A stretch of DNA of 64,000 bases, from the NCBI GenBank assembly GCA_021296095.1, contig JAGWBB010000005.1, forward strand, positions 2,937-66,936, written 5' to 3'. Numbering within the stretch: position 1 is the stretch's first letter; each line of letters starts with the position of its first letter. The DNA is from Desulfurellaceae bacterium (GTDB lineage: Bacteria; Desulfobacterota; Binatia; Bin18). This document shows positions 10,858-21,576 of this stretch, piece by piece. The notes beneath the pieces were generated by a model, which searched no databases, was not told the origin of the DNA, and worked only from the letters and a program-made list of their open reading frames with translations. The position numbers were made by a program, and so were the translations under genes.

Positions 10858-11807
10858 TGGCTCTGTCGTGGCGAAAAAAAACTTCTCCAGAGCAGAAACA
10901 GTCGGTGTGGCGACGCGGTTTGTCCCGTCTGCGCCAGGCTCTGCGTGTACCCCTGGATCGAATCCTGCGCGGTCGGCCGATTGACGACGCGCTTTTTGAC
11001 GACTTGGAAGAGGTCTTGCTTGGCGCGGATGTCGGGGTGCAGGAGACTCTGCTCCTGATTGAGCGGCTGCGAGAACGCTGCCGGCGCGAGCGTCTGGCCG
11101 ACGGGGAGGAGTTGAAGGGCTACCTGAAAGACGAGATGCTCCGGCTTCTGCCGACCGCCGCCCCTCCGCCGATTGGCCAAGCCCGGCCCTGGGTGATCCT
11201 GATGGTCGGTGTCAATGGGGTGGGCAAGACGACCACCCTGGCCAAGCTGGCGGCCCGCTTTGGGCAGGAGGGCCAGACGGTTTTACTGGTGGCCGGGGAT
11301 ACTTTCCGGGCTGCAGCCATTGAGCAGCTCGAAGTCTGGGCCGACCGGCTGGGCGTGGAGGTGATTAAACATCAGACCGGAGCCTCCCCCGCAGCGGTGG
11401 CCTTTGACGGGATTCGAGCCGGTATCGCCCGTAAGGTTGATGTGGTGCTGATTGACACCGCCGGACGGCTGCATACCCGAACGCCGCTCATGGAAGAACT
11501 CAGAAAGGTACACCGGGTGATCGCCAAGGAACTCCAGGGGGCGCCTCACGAGGTGCTGTTGGTCCTTGACGCGGCCACCGGCCAGAACGCACTGAGCCAG
11601 GCGCGGACCTTTCAGGCCGCATTTCCGCTCAGCGGTGTCATTCTGACCAAGATGGACGGCTCGGGAAAAGGCGGAGTGGTGCTATCCGTTACCGAGCAAC
11701 TCGGCGTCCCGATTCGGGGCATTGGCCTGGGCGAGGGCGCCGAAGACCTGCACGACTTTGAGGCGACCGCATTTGTCGAGGCGCTTTTTTCTGCTGAGGA
11801 CTCCTGA
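10857..11807 (+). CDS. ftsY: signal recognition particle receptor FtsY
   Basis: 316 aa. SRP-GTPase motifs GVNGVGKTTT, DTAGR, TKMDG. ATGA overlap with the smc stop. Confidence 0.95.
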   Translation: MALSWRKKTSPEQKQSVWRRGLSRLRQALRVPLDRILRGRPIDDALFDDLEEVLLGADVGVQETLLLIERLRERCRRERLADGEELKGYLKDEMLRLLPTAAPPPIGQARPWVILMVGVNGVGKTTTLAKLAARFGQEGQTVLLVAGDTFRAAAIEQLEVWADRLGVEVIKHQTGASPAAVAFDGIRAGIARKVDVVLIDTAGRLHTRTPLMEELRKVHRVIAKELQGAPHEVLLVLDAATGQNALSQARTFQAAFPLSGVILTKMDGSGKGGVVLSVTEQLGVPIRGIGLGEGAEDLHDFEATAFVEALFSAEDS

Positions 11808-11875
11808 TGTTCCCTTGACTCACAGCGTGAAGAGCCATACACTCGGCTTGAACTTTTCCTTTACTTTTGGGTGAT

Positions 11876-12139
11876 ATGGCTATACCAAGCCTCAAACTTC
11901 TTGAGGAAAAGCTTGATGGAATGCTGGAGCGCCACGCGCGGATTTGCCGGGAGAAGGCGGTGCTGAACCAACGCCTGAGCGAGCAACAGGAGGCGAACGG
12001 TCGCCTGCGCGAACAGCTTCAGCAGTACGAACAGGAACGAGAGGAAATTCGGACTAAACTGGAACGGATTCTGGGTCAGTTCGACGGGCTCGGAATAGCG
12101 CTGAGCGATGAGGGGGGAGGCGATGAAAGCCTTGGTTGA
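11876..12139 (+). CDS. ZapB-like coiled-coil protein
   Basis: Small heptad-rich ORF (LKLLEEKLDGMLERH...REQLQQYEQEREEIRTKLERIL) immediately upstream of and overlapping zapA. ATG at 11876 chosen over the track's TTG at 11867. No strong SD. Confidence 0.5.
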   Translation: MAIPSLKLLEEKLDGMLERHARICREKAVLNQRLSEQQEANGRLREQLQQYEQEREEIRTKLERILGQFDGLGIALSDEGGGDESLG

Positions 12140-12437
12140 GGTCGAGATTTTTGGCCAGACCTTCACGGTGGCCGGTGAAGAGCAAGCCGACTATGTGAAG
12201 CAGCTGGCCGATTCTGTTGACCAGCGTATGCGCCAGATCGCGGCCAATACCAAAACTGTCGTTCCCCTGCGGGTTGCCATTATGGCGGCTCTGAGCATTG
12301 CAGATGAGTGGCACAAAGCCAGTCAACGAGAACAAGAACTCCAAGAAGAAACGGAACGCCTGTCTACGGTTTTGCTTAAACGGATCGAGCAGAGTGAACA
12401 GAACGAAGACGTGAGCAATGGCCGTGTTGTCTCGTAA
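12123..12437 (+). CDS. zapA: cell division protein ZapA
   Basis: MKALVEVEIFGQTFTVAGEEQADYVKQLADSVDQRMRQI... is a typical ZapA N-terminal fold followed by a coiled coil. GGGGGAGG SD before the ATG at 12123. Confidence 0.85.
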   Translation: MKALVEVEIFGQTFTVAGEEQADYVKQLADSVDQRMRQIAANTKTVVPLRVAIMAALSIADEWHKASQREQELQEETERLSTVLLKRIEQSEQNEDVSNGRVVS

Positions 12438-12496
12438 TACGCTGTGTCTTCCTCATCGCAGGTCTCCACGTCCGCTCAGCGGGATTTGCCAAACGG

Positions 12497-12683
12497 CTGA
12501 CCCCGACTGAGACGCTCCCCCAGTCCTCCGGGCCGATTTCCTCCTCCATGAGGGCCTTGTGGAAGCTTCTTCCGCCAGGCAGTTTGAGGGAGGGCGAAAA
12601 CCCCCCTCATGCAGCTGACAACTCGCTGGGAGGTGGTTTTCACATGTAAAGGCCCTCCGACCCTGGGGATGGAAGGAGGTCAG
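12497..12683 (+). ncRNA. ssrS: candidate 6S RNA
   Basis: 252-nt gap directly after zapA, the classical ssrS position. Closing helix CTGACC (12497-12502) with GGTCAG (12678-12683); CCCCAG (12518-12523) with CTGGGG (12663-12668); GGGCC (12530-12534) with GGCCC (12651-12655); apical CATGAGGG (12548-12555) with CCCTCATG (12604-12611). About 187 nt. The segment CCAGTCCTCCGGGCCGATTTC resembles, from memory, the E. coli 6S 5' arm CCAGUCCCCUGAGCCGAUAUUUC. Confidence 0.55.
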
Positions 12684-12689
12684 TGACAG

Positions 12690-14252
12690 ATGAGGTCAGT
12701 ACTCTATTGGTTCATCGGAGTGGTGTGTGGCGGTGCGGGGGCGTGGGCGCTCGGGCTGCTGCGCCAACGCTGGCAGCACGAGAAGATCGTCAAGGCCGAG
12801 GAAACGGCGAAGCTTATTGTGGAGGAGGCCCATAAAGAATCGTCCGTCATCAAGAAGGAAGCCGAGGTCCAGGCCAAGGACGTGCTCTTGCAGTCAAAAA
12901 CGGAGTTTGAGAAGGAACAGCGCGAACGAAGAAAGGAAATTCAGCAGAGCGAGCGGCGTTTACAGAGCCGTGAGGAAACTATCGAGAAGCGAGCGGTGAC
13001 CCTGGACAACCGGGAAACCGAGCTGTCGCATCGGGAGCAGGGGTTCAAGACCAAAGAAGAGGTGATCGACAAGAAGGCCCAGGAGTACCAGGGCTTGATC
13101 GAAGAGACCCGCCAGCAGCTTGAGCAGATTGCGGGCATGAACCGCGAGGAGGCCAAAAACGTGCTGCTGGAAAAAATGATGAGCGACGCCCGTACTGAGG
13201 CGGCGCGCCAGATCATGACGGTCGAAGAAGAGGCCCGTGAGGAGGCCGAGCGGCGAGCCAGGAAGATCATCAGCGTTGCGGTTGAGCGGCTGGCCGGTGA
13301 GTTTGTGTCGGAACGCACGACTGCGGTGATTCCCCTGCCCAGCGACGATATGAAGGGCCGGATCATTGGCCGCGAGGGGCGCAACATCCGCGCCATTGAA
13401 GCGGCCACCGGTGTGGACCTGATCGTTGACGATACGCCGGAAGCGGTGCTGATTTCGAGCCATAGCCCCATCCGCCGGGAAATTGCCCGGGTCGGGCTCG
13501 GACGGCTGATCTCAGACGGTCGGATACACCCAGGCCGGATTGAAGAAGTGGTCAAAAAGGCCGAAGAAGAGGTCGAGGAGGCGGTCCGCGAGGCTGGTCA
13601 ACGGGCCGTCCTGGAGCTGGGTATCCACGGTGTGCACCCGGAGATTATCAAGCTCATCGGTATGCTGAAATATCGCTACTCCTACGGCCAGAATGTACTG
13701 ATGCACTCGATTGAAACCGCCTATGTGTGCGGGATCATGGCCGCTGAGCTGGGCCTGAATGAAAAACAGGCCCGGCGAGCCGCGCTGTTGCACGACATTG
13801 GCAAAGCGGTATCGCACGAAATTGAGGGCTCACACGCCATCATTGGCGGCGATGTGGCTCGCAAATACGGGGAGTCGGCAAAGATCGTCAACGCCATTGC
13901 CGCTCACCACGAAGAGGTCAAGGCCGAGACCGTGCTGGCTCCACTGGTCGATGCGGCGGATGCGCTGTCCGGAGCCCGACCCGGAGCGCGACGGGAAGTG
14001 CTCGAAAGCTATGTCCGTCGTCTGGAGGATCTGGAGCGGATCGGGCGGTCTTTCATCGGAGTCGAAAAGTCGTTCGCGGTGCAGGCCGGACGCGAGGTCC
14101 GGGTCATTGTCAGTCCCGGTTCGGTGACCGACGGCGAGGCTGCGGTCCTGGCCCGCGAGGTGGCCCACAGGATCGAAGACGAGATGACCTATCCGGGCCA
14201 GATCAAGATCACCGTGATTCGGGAGATGCGGGCCACCGAGTTTGCCCGCTGA
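12690..14252 (+). CDS. rny: ribonuclease Y
   Basis: 520 aa. N-terminal TM helix, long charged coiled coil, KH domain ([15 protein letters not shown]), HD domain (LLHDIGKA...HHE). Confidence 0.95.
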   Translation: MRSVLYWFIGVVCGGAGAWALGLLRQRWQHEKIVKAEETAKLIVEEAHKESSVIKKEAEVQAKDVLLQSKTEFEKEQRERRKEIQQSERRLQSREETIEKRAVTLDNRETELSHREQGFKTKEEVIDKKAQEYQGLIEETRQQLEQIAGMNREEAKNVLLEKMMSDARTEAARQIMTVEEEAREEAERRARKIISVAVERLAGEFVSERTTAVIPLPSDDMKGRIIGREGRNIRAIEAATGVDLIVDDTPEAVLISSHSPIRREIARVGLGRLISDGRIHPGRIEEVVKKAEEEVEEAVREAGQRAVLELGIHGVHPEIIKLIGMLKYRYSYGQNVLMHSIETAYVCGIMAAELGLNEKQARRAALLHDIGKAVSHEIEGSHAIIGGDVARKYGESAKIVNAIAAHHEEVKAETVLAPLVDAADALSGARPGARREVLESYVRRLEDLERIGRSFIGVEKSFAVQAGREVRVIVSPGSVTDGEAAVLAREVAHRIEDEMTYPGQIKITVIREMRATEFAR

Positions 14253-14281
14253 GTGGCAAAGAAGGAAAGAGTGAAGACGAC

Positions 14282-15484
14282 ATGGCGCTGTCGGTTACGG
14301 ACCAGTTGCGGGAAATTCAGCGCGGCACGGTTGATATCATTCCGCTTGAGGAACTGAAACGGAAGCTGGAGACGGGTCGTCGGCTGCGGATCAAGCTCGG
14401 GGTTGATCCGACTTCCCCGGACCTGCACCTCGGACACACCGTGGTGGTCAATAAGCTGCGCCAGTTTCAGGAGCTGGGGCATGTGGTGATTTTTCTGATC
14501 GGCGATTTCACCGGCATGATCGGCGATCCGACCGGCCGCTCAGAGACCCGCAAGGCGCTCACCCGCGAGCAAGTCCTGGACAACGCTGAAACCTATACCA
14601 AGCAGGTTTTCAAGATCCTGGATCGAGACAAAACCGAGCTGCGTTTCAACTCCGAATGGATGGACGGTTTCAGCCCACCCGACTTTATCCGTCTGTGCGG
14701 CCAGTACACGGTCGCCCGTCTTTTGGAACGGGACGATTTCTCGAAACGCTACAAGGATGGCGTTCCCATCCACGTCCATGAACTCCTGTATCCGCTTGTT
14801 CAGGGCTACGACTCGGTTGCGCTCCAGGCCGATGTCGAGGTCGGGGGGACGGATCAGCGCTTCAACCTGCTGGTCGGGCGTGAACTCCAGCGCGGTCACG
14901 GCCAGGAGCCGCAGGTGATTCTGACCCTGCCCCTGCTCGAAGGCACCGATGGGGTGCAGAAGATGAGCAAATCGCTCGGCAACGCCATTGGCATCACCGA
15001 TCCTCCCACCGAGATGTACGGTAAAATCATGTCGATCTCGGACGCTATGATGGGCAGATACTACGAGTTGTTGAGCACGGTCGATAGCGACCGGCTTGAG
15101 GCCATTCAGCGCGCTGAGGTCCATCCGATGGAGGCCAAAAAGCAGCTGGCTGCCGAGCTGATCAGCCGCTTTCATGACAGCCCCGCTGCGGAACGGGCGG
15201 CGGCCGACTTCGCCCAACGCTTCCAGCGCCGCGAGCTGCCCAGCGAGCTGCAAGAGATCGCCTGGGCCGACCCCGCGCCCGAGGTCTGGATCTGTCATCT
15301 GCTGCGCGAGACCGGTCTGACAAAATCGGCCAGCGAGGCGCGGCGGATGATTCAACAGGGAGCGGTGCGCATCAACGGCCAGCGGCTGGACAACCCGGAT
15401 CTGAAAATCCCGACCCGGGGCGCGACGGTGGTCCAGGTCGGACGCCGGCGGATTGCCAAGGTGGTCTTTGGCGCTTCGGCCTAG
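14282..15484 (+). CDS. tyrS: tyrosine--tRNA ligase
   Basis: 400 aa. Class I HIGH-type motif (DLHLGH), KMSKS motif, C-terminal S4-like domain. Confidence 0.95.
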   Translation: MALSVTDQLREIQRGTVDIIPLEELKRKLETGRRLRIKLGVDPTSPDLHLGHTVVVNKLRQFQELGHVVIFLIGDFTGMIGDPTGRSETRKALTREQVLDNAETYTKQVFKILDRDKTELRFNSEWMDGFSPPDFIRLCGQYTVARLLERDDFSKRYKDGVPIHVHELLYPLVQGYDSVALQADVEVGGTDQRFNLLVGRELQRGHGQEPQVILTLPLLEGTDGVQKMSKSLGNAIGITDPPTEMYGKIMSISDAMMGRYYELLSTVDSDRLEAIQRAEVHPMEAKKQLAAELISRFHDSPAAERAAADFAQRFQRRELPSELQEIAWADPAPEVWICHLLRETGLTKSASEARRMIQQGAVRINGQRLDNPDLKIPTRGATVVQVGRRRIAKVVFGASA

Positions 15485-15520
15485 TCTGTCCTGTTCTGCC
15501 CAAACCGGAGGAGCTGTCCC

Positions 15521-16453
15521 GTGAGTGACACCGCTGCCCCTGGCCAGTACCGGTGCGGTTTTATTGCCCTGATCGGCCGTCCCAATGTCGGCAAGTCGAC
15601 GCTGCTGAATACCCTGATTGGGGAAAAGCTGGCCATTGTCACGCCCAAACCGCAGACGACCCGGACCCGGCTGCTGGGGGTCAAGACGCTCTCCCAGGCC
15701 CAGCTGATCTTTGTTGACACGCCGGGCATCCACACGCACGCCGGCTCCCTCCTCAACCGCAACATGGTCGAGTTGGCCTTGGGCGCGCTGCAAGAGACCG
15801 ACATGGTGCTGTTCCTGGCCGATGCCCAGCGCGGGATTGTGGACGGCGACGAAAAGATCGCCGCCCGTCTCAGCGGCCTGTCTACGCCGGTCATCGGGGT
15901 GGTCAACAAGATCGATCTGCTCCCGCGTCCGGCCCTGCTGCCGGTGCTGGACCGCCTGGCCGGCCTGTTGCCCGGCCGAGAAGTCGTTCCGGTCAGCGCC
16001 TTGCGCGACACCAATACCGCCGAACTGCTGTCCACCCTGATCCAGCTCTTACCGGTCGGGCCGGCCCTGTATCCGAGCGATGAACTGACCGATCAGAGCG
16101 AACGGACGCTGGCCCAGGAGATGATCCGCGAGCAGCTCTTTTTCAACACCCAGCAGGAAATCCCGTATGCGACAGCGGCGATTGTCGAAGAGTTCACCGA
16201 GCGACCCGACAAGTCGTTGCTCGTTATTCGGGCCGCGATCCACGTCGAACGCGCCTCGCAGAAGCCGATTGTGATCGGCCGGGGCGGCGCCCGGCTCAAG
16301 AAAATCGGTCAGGCCGCCCGACGCCGATTGGAAGCCTTTTTCGGCTGCAAGGTCTTTCTGGAGCTGTTTGTCAAAGTCTCCAAGGGCTGGACCAACCGGC
16401 CGGGCTTGCTGCACGAGCTGGGCCTGTCCGTGGCGCCCACCCGCCGCGCTTAG
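15521..16453 (+). CDS. era: GTPase Era
   Basis: 310 aa. G1 GRPNVGKST, G3 DTPG, G4 NKID, C-terminal KH domain (IVIGRGGARLKKIG). Confidence 0.95.
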   Translation: MSDTAAPGQYRCGFIALIGRPNVGKSTLLNTLIGEKLAIVTPKPQTTRTRLLGVKTLSQAQLIFVDTPGIHTHAGSLLNRNMVELALGALQETDMVLFLADAQRGIVDGDEKIAARLSGLSTPVIGVVNKIDLLPRPALLPVLDRLAGLLPGREVVPVSALRDTNTAELLSTLIQLLPVGPALYPSDELTDQSERTLAQEMIREQLFFNTQQEIPYATAAIVEEFTERPDKSLLVIRAAIHVERASQKPIVIGRGGARLKKIGQAARRRLEAFFGCKVFLELFVKVSKGWTNRPGLLHELGLSVAPTRRA

Positions 16454-16511
16454 CCGCGCCGTGCGGCCCAGCGTCAAGGATTCCGGAAGTCAGGAGGGAA
16501 GGGGAGGGAGT

Positions 16512-17882
16512 ATGGGAATGCTGGCACGGGCCGGATTGGCCTTGACCCGCTGGACGGAGCGCTGGATTCCCGACTCATGGGTGATTGCGGTCATGCTGAG
16601 CCTGTGCGTCGCCGGCCTGGCGATGACGGTTGGGGGCGCCTCTCCGGCGGCCGCCCTGCAGGCCTGGGGCCAGGGTTTGTGGGCCTTGCTCAGCCTGGCC
16701 ATGCAGTTCACCCTGATGATGGTCTTGGCGTATGCCTGTGCGGTCTCTCCGCCGCTGAAACGCGCCTTCGTGTGGATGGCCGCCCAGCCCGATCCGGCTC
16801 GACCCCGTCAGGCGATTGTCCTGATGGCGTGTTTTTCCACCCTCACCGCCTGGCTCAACTGGGCCTTCAGCCTGGTGGTGACCGCCGCCTTTCTGCCCTT
16901 TGTGGTCAGAGCCAACCCCCGCGTCGATTTCCGTTTGCTGGTCACCTGTGCCTACCTGGGGGTCGGCACGGTGTGGCATACCGGCCTGTCCGGCTCGGCC
17001 CCGCTCATTCTTGCCACACCGGATAATTTTCTGATCCAGGCCGGTGTGCTGACCGAGACCGTGCCCATCACCCAGACCCTGTTTGCGCCGTTCAATCTCG
17101 GCTACGCGCTGCTGGCCGGACTGGCCGGCATCCTGATTGTCGCCGCCCTGGTGCCCCCGGCGACCGAGGCGGTCAGCGTCTCTGAGGCCCAGGCCCGGCG
17201 GCTGGACTCGGGCCATGTGGCCCAGACCCGCCCGTCCAGCCTGATTCCAGCCCAACGTCTGGAGTGGTGGCCGGGCTGGTCGCTGATCGCCAGCGCAGCC
17301 ATGCTGCTGTATCTGGCCTCGCAGATCGCTAGCCTGGGGTTTGGCCGAGCCTGGACGATTGATAATTACAACCTGTTGTTCATGGCCCTGGGCCTGTTGC
17401 TGCACTGGTATCCCAAGTCGTTTTTGGCCGCGTGTGAGGACGGGATCAAAAATACCTGGGGGATTGTGATCCAGTATCCTCTGTACGCCGGCATCTTCGG
17501 TCTGATGGCGTATACCGACCTGGGCCAGGCGCTGACCGGCTTGTTTGTCAGCGCCAGCTCACCGCGCGCCTTTCCGCTGATCGTGTATGTCTACTCGGCG
17601 GTGCTGAACTACTTTATTCCGTCCGGCGGCTCAAAGTGGATTGTCGAGGCGTCCTACCTCCTGCCAGCCGGGCACGCCCTGGGGCTGTCGATTCCAACAG
17701 TGACGCTGAGCTATGCCTACGGCGATATGACGACCAACCTCATCCAGCCGTTCTGGGCGATTCCCATCCTGACCGTCACCGGCCTACGCTTTGGCGACAT
17801 CATGGGCTACTGCTTTCTCATTGCCGGCCTGATGCTGGTGTTCAACGTCCTGGCCCTGCTGCTGATTCCGCTCCAGCTGTAG
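16512..17882 (+). CDS. short-chain fatty acid transporter (AtoE family)
   Basis: Polytopic membrane protein. N-terminus MGMLARAGLALTRWTERWIPDSWVIAVMLS resembles AtoE. Start moved to the ATG at 16512 (GGAAGGGGAGGGAG upstream), because the track ORF from 16368 overlaps era. Confidence 0.8.
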   Translation: MGMLARAGLALTRWTERWIPDSWVIAVMLSLCVAGLAMTVGGASPAAALQAWGQGLWALLSLAMQFTLMMVLAYACAVSPPLKRAFVWMAAQPDPARPRQAIVLMACFSTLTAWLNWAFSLVVTAAFLPFVVRANPRVDFRLLVTCAYLGVGTVWHTGLSGSAPLILATPDNFLIQAGVLTETVPITQTLFAPFNLGYALLAGLAGILIVAALVPPATEAVSVSEAQARRLDSGHVAQTRPSSLIPAQRLEWWPGWSLIASAAMLLYLASQIASLGFGRAWTIDNYNLLFMALGLLLHWYPKSFLAACEDGIKNTWGIVIQYPLYAGIFGLMAYTDLGQALTGLFVSASSPRAFPLIVYVYSAVLNYFIPSGGSKWIVEASYLLPAGHALGLSIPTVTLSYAYGDMTTNLIQPFWAIPILTVTGLRFGDIMGYCFLIAGLMLVFNVLALLLIPLQL

Positions 17883-17883
17883 C

Positions 17884-18672
17884 CTAACGTCCCTGAAACA
17901 CCGGCTTGCGTTTCTCGACAAAGGCCCGGGCGGCTTCTTTGGCGTCCTGGCTGCCGGACAGCTCGTGGGTCATGTTCTGCTCAAACCGATAGCCGTCGCG
18001 CAGGTCCATGAATTCGATGCTGTTCATGGCGTGTTTGGCCAGGCGGATCGCCAATGGGCTTTTGGCGGCGATCTCCTGCGCCAGGGTCTGGGCTGCGGGC
18101 AGGAGCTGCTCGGGGGGCACCACGGCCTCCACAATGCCCCGCCGGTACAGTTCCTGAGCGCCGATCCGCTCGCCGGTGTACATCATCTTGCGCGCCTTAT
18201 ACACCCCGAACAGGCGCTGGGTGTGGCGTCCGCCGCCGAGCAGGCCGACATCGATCTCGGGCAGGCCGACCAGGGCTTTGTCTGAGGCGATGAGCATGTC
18301 GCACGAGGCCAGCAGGGCTAATCCACCGCCCAGCGCCGGGCCGTTGATCGCCCCGATCACCGGCACCGAGCACTCCAGGATGGCGTGAAATGCCTCCCGG
18401 GCCGCCCGTGAGTGTGCCCACATCGCCCCGGGCCGGGGTTTCTGCTGACCCTCGAGTGAGGATGAGCGGGCTTTCATGTCGGCGCCGGCACAAAAGCACT
18501 TGCCGGCGCCGGTGAACACCGCAGCCCGCACCTCGGCGCGATTGTTCAAGGCGTCGAACGCGGCCTGAATTTCGTCGAACATCTGGCGGTTCATGGCGTT
18601 GACCGGCGGGCGGTCAATGGTGACGGTAGCGACAAAATCGCTGACTTCGGTCTTGATGATTTCCATATCCAT
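17884..18672 (-). CDS. enoyl-CoA hydratase/isomerase family protein
   Basis: 262 aa. Crotonase fold motifs (FCAGADMK, INGPALGGGLALLASCD). Confidence 0.9.
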   Translation of the reverse strand: MDMEIIKTEVSDFVATVTIDRPPVNAMNRQMFDEIQAAFDALNNRAEVRAAVFTGAGKCFCAGADMKARSSSLEGQQKPRPGAMWAHSRAAREAFHAILECSVPVIGAINGPALGGGLALLASCDMLIASDKALVGLPEIDVGLLGGGRHTQRLFGVYKARKMMYTGERIGAQELYRRGIVEAVVPPEQLLPAAQTLAQEIAAKSPLAIRLAKHAMNSIEFMDLRDGYRFEQNMTHELSGSQDAKEAARAFVEKRKPVFQGR

Positions 18673-18693
18673 GGTGGGCTCCTGGGGCGAGGC

Positions 18694-19857
18694 TTATCTG
18701 AATAAGGACCGCGCAATGACCATCCGGTGGACTTCCGAGGGACCCTCGCCAATCCGTCGTACCCGGGCTTCCCGATACCACCGCTCCAGGGGAAACTCCT
18801 TGGTCACCCCGTAGCCGCCGTGGATCTGGACCGCACTGTCGATCACCCGGCCCAGGACCTCGCTCGAGTACAGCTTGGCAATCGAGGCCTCAAGACGGGC
18901 GTCTTCTCCGCGGTCGGCTTTCCAGGCGCCCTCCCAGATCAGCCAGCGGGTGGCGCGCAGCTCGACCTCGGCATCGGCCAGCATCCACTGGACGGCTTGG
19001 CGCTGACTCAGCGCTTGCCCGAAGGTTTCGCGTTGTTTGGCATGTGCTACGGCCATCCGATGGGCGGCGATCGCCACGCCAAGGTTGGCGGCCGAATACG
19101 GAAAGCGGGCCTTGGTCAGCAGATCGAAACACAGAAACAGGCCCTGGCCTTCTTCCCCGATCATCTTGTCGGCCGGCACCCGACAGTCCTCAAACGAAAC
19201 CTCGTTGGGGACCGAAACCGTGCGGATGGTCTTGAACGGGCGCGGGGTGAAGCCCGGCGTGTCTTTGTCGATAATAAAACAGCTGATGCCCTTGCGGCCT
19301 TTGTCTGGGTCGGTCCGCACGAAGACCACCCCCCACTCGGCCAGATGGGCGTTGGAGATAAAAATCTTGGTGCCGTTAATGACCCACGAGTCGCCGTCTC
19401 TGACGGCCCGACACTGAATGGCCCCGGCCGGGTCCGAGCCGCCGCTGGGTTCGGTGATGGCGAAAAAGGTCTTGAGGCCGTCCCGCAGGGTCGGGATGGC
19501 GTAGCGCTGGATCTGCTCCGGGGTGCCGGCGTAGATCGGCGCCGGTGGATAGCGGCCAAAGGTTCCGCAGCCCGGGTTGTACAGCCCCATGCGGTGTTGG
19601 GCCATTTCTTCCAGCACCACCGACATGCCAAAAGTATTGACCCCCCCGCCCCCGAACTGCTCGGGCGCGGCCAGGCACCACAGGCCGGCCGCCTTGTTCT
19701 TGGCCATCAGGCGCTGATAGTCGGCCTCGGGCAGATCCGGGGCGTCCGGGTCGAGCTGCTGTTCGAGCGGAATGATTTCTTCGCGGATAAAGCGCCGAAC
19801 CTGATCCCGGAGCAGGCTCAACTCGGGGGGGAGGCTGAAGCCCTGGAATGCTTCCAT
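18694..19857 (-). CDS. acyl-CoA dehydrogenase
   Basis: 387 aa. Typical ACAD layout with ITEPSGGSD, a C-terminal IHGGYG block and the catalytic-base region. Confidence 0.9.
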   Translation of the reverse strand: MEAFQGFSLPPELSLLRDQVRRFIREEIIPLEQQLDPDAPDLPEADYQRLMAKNKAAGLWCLAAPEQFGGGGVNTFGMSVVLEEMAQHRMGLYNPGCGTFGRYPPAPIYAGTPEQIQRYAIPTLRDGLKTFFAITEPSGGSDPAGAIQCRAVRDGDSWVINGTKIFISNAHLAEWGVVFVRTDPDKGRKGISCFIIDKDTPGFTPRPFKTIRTVSVPNEVSFEDCRVPADKMIGEEGQGLFLCFDLLTKARFPYSAANLGVAIAAHRMAVAHAKQRETFGQALSQRQAVQWMLADAEVELRATRWLIWEGAWKADRGEDARLEASIAKLYSSEVLGRVIDSAVQIHGGYGVTKEFPLERWYREARVRRIGEGPSEVHRMVIARSLFR

Positions 19858-19889
19858 GTCGCTACCTCGGAGGAGCGGTCGCCCGACCG

Positions 19890-20315
19890 CTAGTCTGCGC
19901 GCTTGAACTTGGGCATGGTCACCTCTGGGGTGACCTCGTCGAAAACGACCTCGACCGGTAAATCCAGCCTGAGATCGTCGGGCTCGACATCGGTCAGCCA
20001 GCTGACCAGCCGCACGCCTTCTTCCATCTCAATCACCACCGGACTGTAGGGCACCATATCGGCGAACTGGGACAGCATCGGCTGGACTGCGGTAGTCCAC
20101 GAGAAGACCTTGCCCCTGCCGCTGGACTGGGCCCACTCCCAGTTGAAAGACCCGCACTTGGCACACATGTCGCGCGGCAGGTGACGCCAGGCGCGACAGT
20201 CGGTGCAGCGCTGAAAGCGCAGCTGGTGTTGCTTACAGTAGTCGTAGAACTCGATCGCCATGCTGTTGCGCAGTTTGGGCAGCGGGCGTGGGTAGGCGTT
20301 CGTGTCTTGTGCCAT
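19890..20315 (-). CDS. Zn-ribbon/OB-fold protein (DUF35), thiolase partner
   Basis: 141 aa from the ATG at 20315 (GGAGG SD). CxxC...CxxC ribbon (CTDCRAWRHLPRDMCAKCGS) followed by an OB-fold. The track ORF to 20564 is an implausible Arg/Pro-rich extension. Confidence 0.8.
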   Translation of the reverse strand: MAQDTNAYPRPLPKLRNSMAIEFYDYCKQHQLRFQRCTDCRAWRHLPRDMCAKCGSFNWEWAQSSGRGKVFSWTTAVQPMLSQFADMVPYSPVVIEMEEGVRLVSWLTDVEPDDLRLDLPVEVVFDEVTPEVTMPKFKRAD

Positions 20316-20317
20316 GT

Positions 20318-21496
20318 CTACCTCCGTAAGATAGCCAGGCTGCCATCCCCAAAGTCTCCCCAGCCGGTCACCAGACCCAGCTCGGCGTCCTCGACCTGGC
20401 GCTCGCCGGCCTCGCGGCGCAGCTGGCGGGTGGCCTCGGTGATGTGGTTCATGCCCCACACGTGGGCTTCCGAGTGTAGTCCGCCGTGGGTGTTGATGGG
20501 CAGCTCCCCGCCGAGTTCCAGACGGCCGCCCTGGACAAAATCGCCGACCTCGCCACGCTGACAAAAACCCAGGGCTTCGAGCTGGAGCAGGACGACGTAG
20601 GAGAAACAGTCGTAGATTTCGATGAAGTCGATATCCTTGTGCTCAACGCCGGCCATCCGAAAGGCGTTTGGCGCGGCAAAACTCAGGCCGATGGTGAACG
20701 GGTCGGGCCGCGACGGAATATCGTCGGCCGGGTAGGGGTGCCCCTCGGCCACGCCTGCAATATAGACCGGATCGTGCTTGAGATCTCTGGCCCGTTCCGG
20801 CGAGGAGAGGACCACCGCGCACGCTCCGTCGGTTTCCAGGCAGCAGTCGAACAGCCGGAACGGCTTGGCCACCCAGCGGGCGTTCAAATAGTCGTCCATG
20901 CTGAGCGGGCGGCCGCACATATAGGCTTTGTCGTTCAGCTGGGCGTGCTTGCGCGAGGCGAGCGCCACCGAGCCCATGGCCTCGTCCGGCGTGCCGTACA
21001 GCTCTTTGTGACGGGTAGCCAGCCAGGCGTACCACTGGACGGGCACCGAGGCGCCGTAGGGCAGGTAGTATTCGCCGATCGTGGTGGCCATGACCCCCGG
21101 CGCTCCGCTGCCGCTGCCACCATCGGGACGCCCCAGATTGCGGACCCGCATGGCCGAGTAGCCGTTCCAGCCGAGCGGAATCAGGACGTTATTGGCCACC
21201 CCGCAGGCCACGGCCAGGGCCGCGCTCTGTAGAGAGGTGACCGGGCTGGCGCCGCCCATGTGGACGGTGACCGAGTAGCGCAGGTCCTCAATGCCCAGAT
21301 TGGCCGCAAAATGTTCGGCGGTGGACGGCAGGGGAGGCGGGATAATGCCGTCAATATCGTGCGGGCTGAGGCCGGCGTCGCTGATGGCCCGCATTGAGGC
21401 TTCGAGCATGAGCGACAGGTCGGTCCGGCCCGAGCCTCGGGTAAAGTCGGTTTCGCCGACCCCCACAATACAGGCTTGATCTTTCAGTGCGTGCAT
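20318..21496 (-). CDS. thiolase-like lipid-transfer (SCP-x type) protein
   Basis: [22 protein letters not shown]... N-terminus and C-terminal [17 protein letters not shown] typical of non-acetoacetyl SCP-x-type thiolases. Start at 21496 with AAGGAGGAG SD. The pairing with DUF35 is canonical. Confidence 0.85.
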   Translation of the reverse strand: MHALKDQACIVGVGETDFTRGSGRTDLSLMLEASMRAISDAGLSPHDIDGIIPPPLPSTAEHFAANLGIEDLRYSVTVHMGGASPVTSLQSAALAVACGVANNVLIPLGWNGYSAMRVRNLGRPDGGSGSGAPGVMATTIGEYYLPYGASVPVQWYAWLATRHKELYGTPDEAMGSVALASRKHAQLNDKAYMCGRPLSMDDYLNARWVAKPFRLFDCCLETDGACAVVLSSPERARDLKHDPVYIAGVAEGHPYPADDIPSRPDPFTIGLSFAAPNAFRMAGVEHKDIDFIEIYDCFSYVVLLQLEALGFCQRGEVGDFVQGGRLELGGELPINTHGGLHSEAHVWGMNHITEATRQLRREAGERQVEDAELGLVTGWGDFGDGSLAILRR

Positions 21497-21576
21497 AGCT
21501 CCTCCTTCAGCAGGGTTCCCGGGCCGGATGGTACACCGGACGGGGACGGATTGTAAAGCCAAAGCGGCGAACGGTA

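Noticed and set aside
11808-11875. Possible terminator or promoter signals between ftsY and the zapB-like ORF.
   Set aside because: No convincing hairpin with a T-run or -35/-10 pair could be identified by eye.
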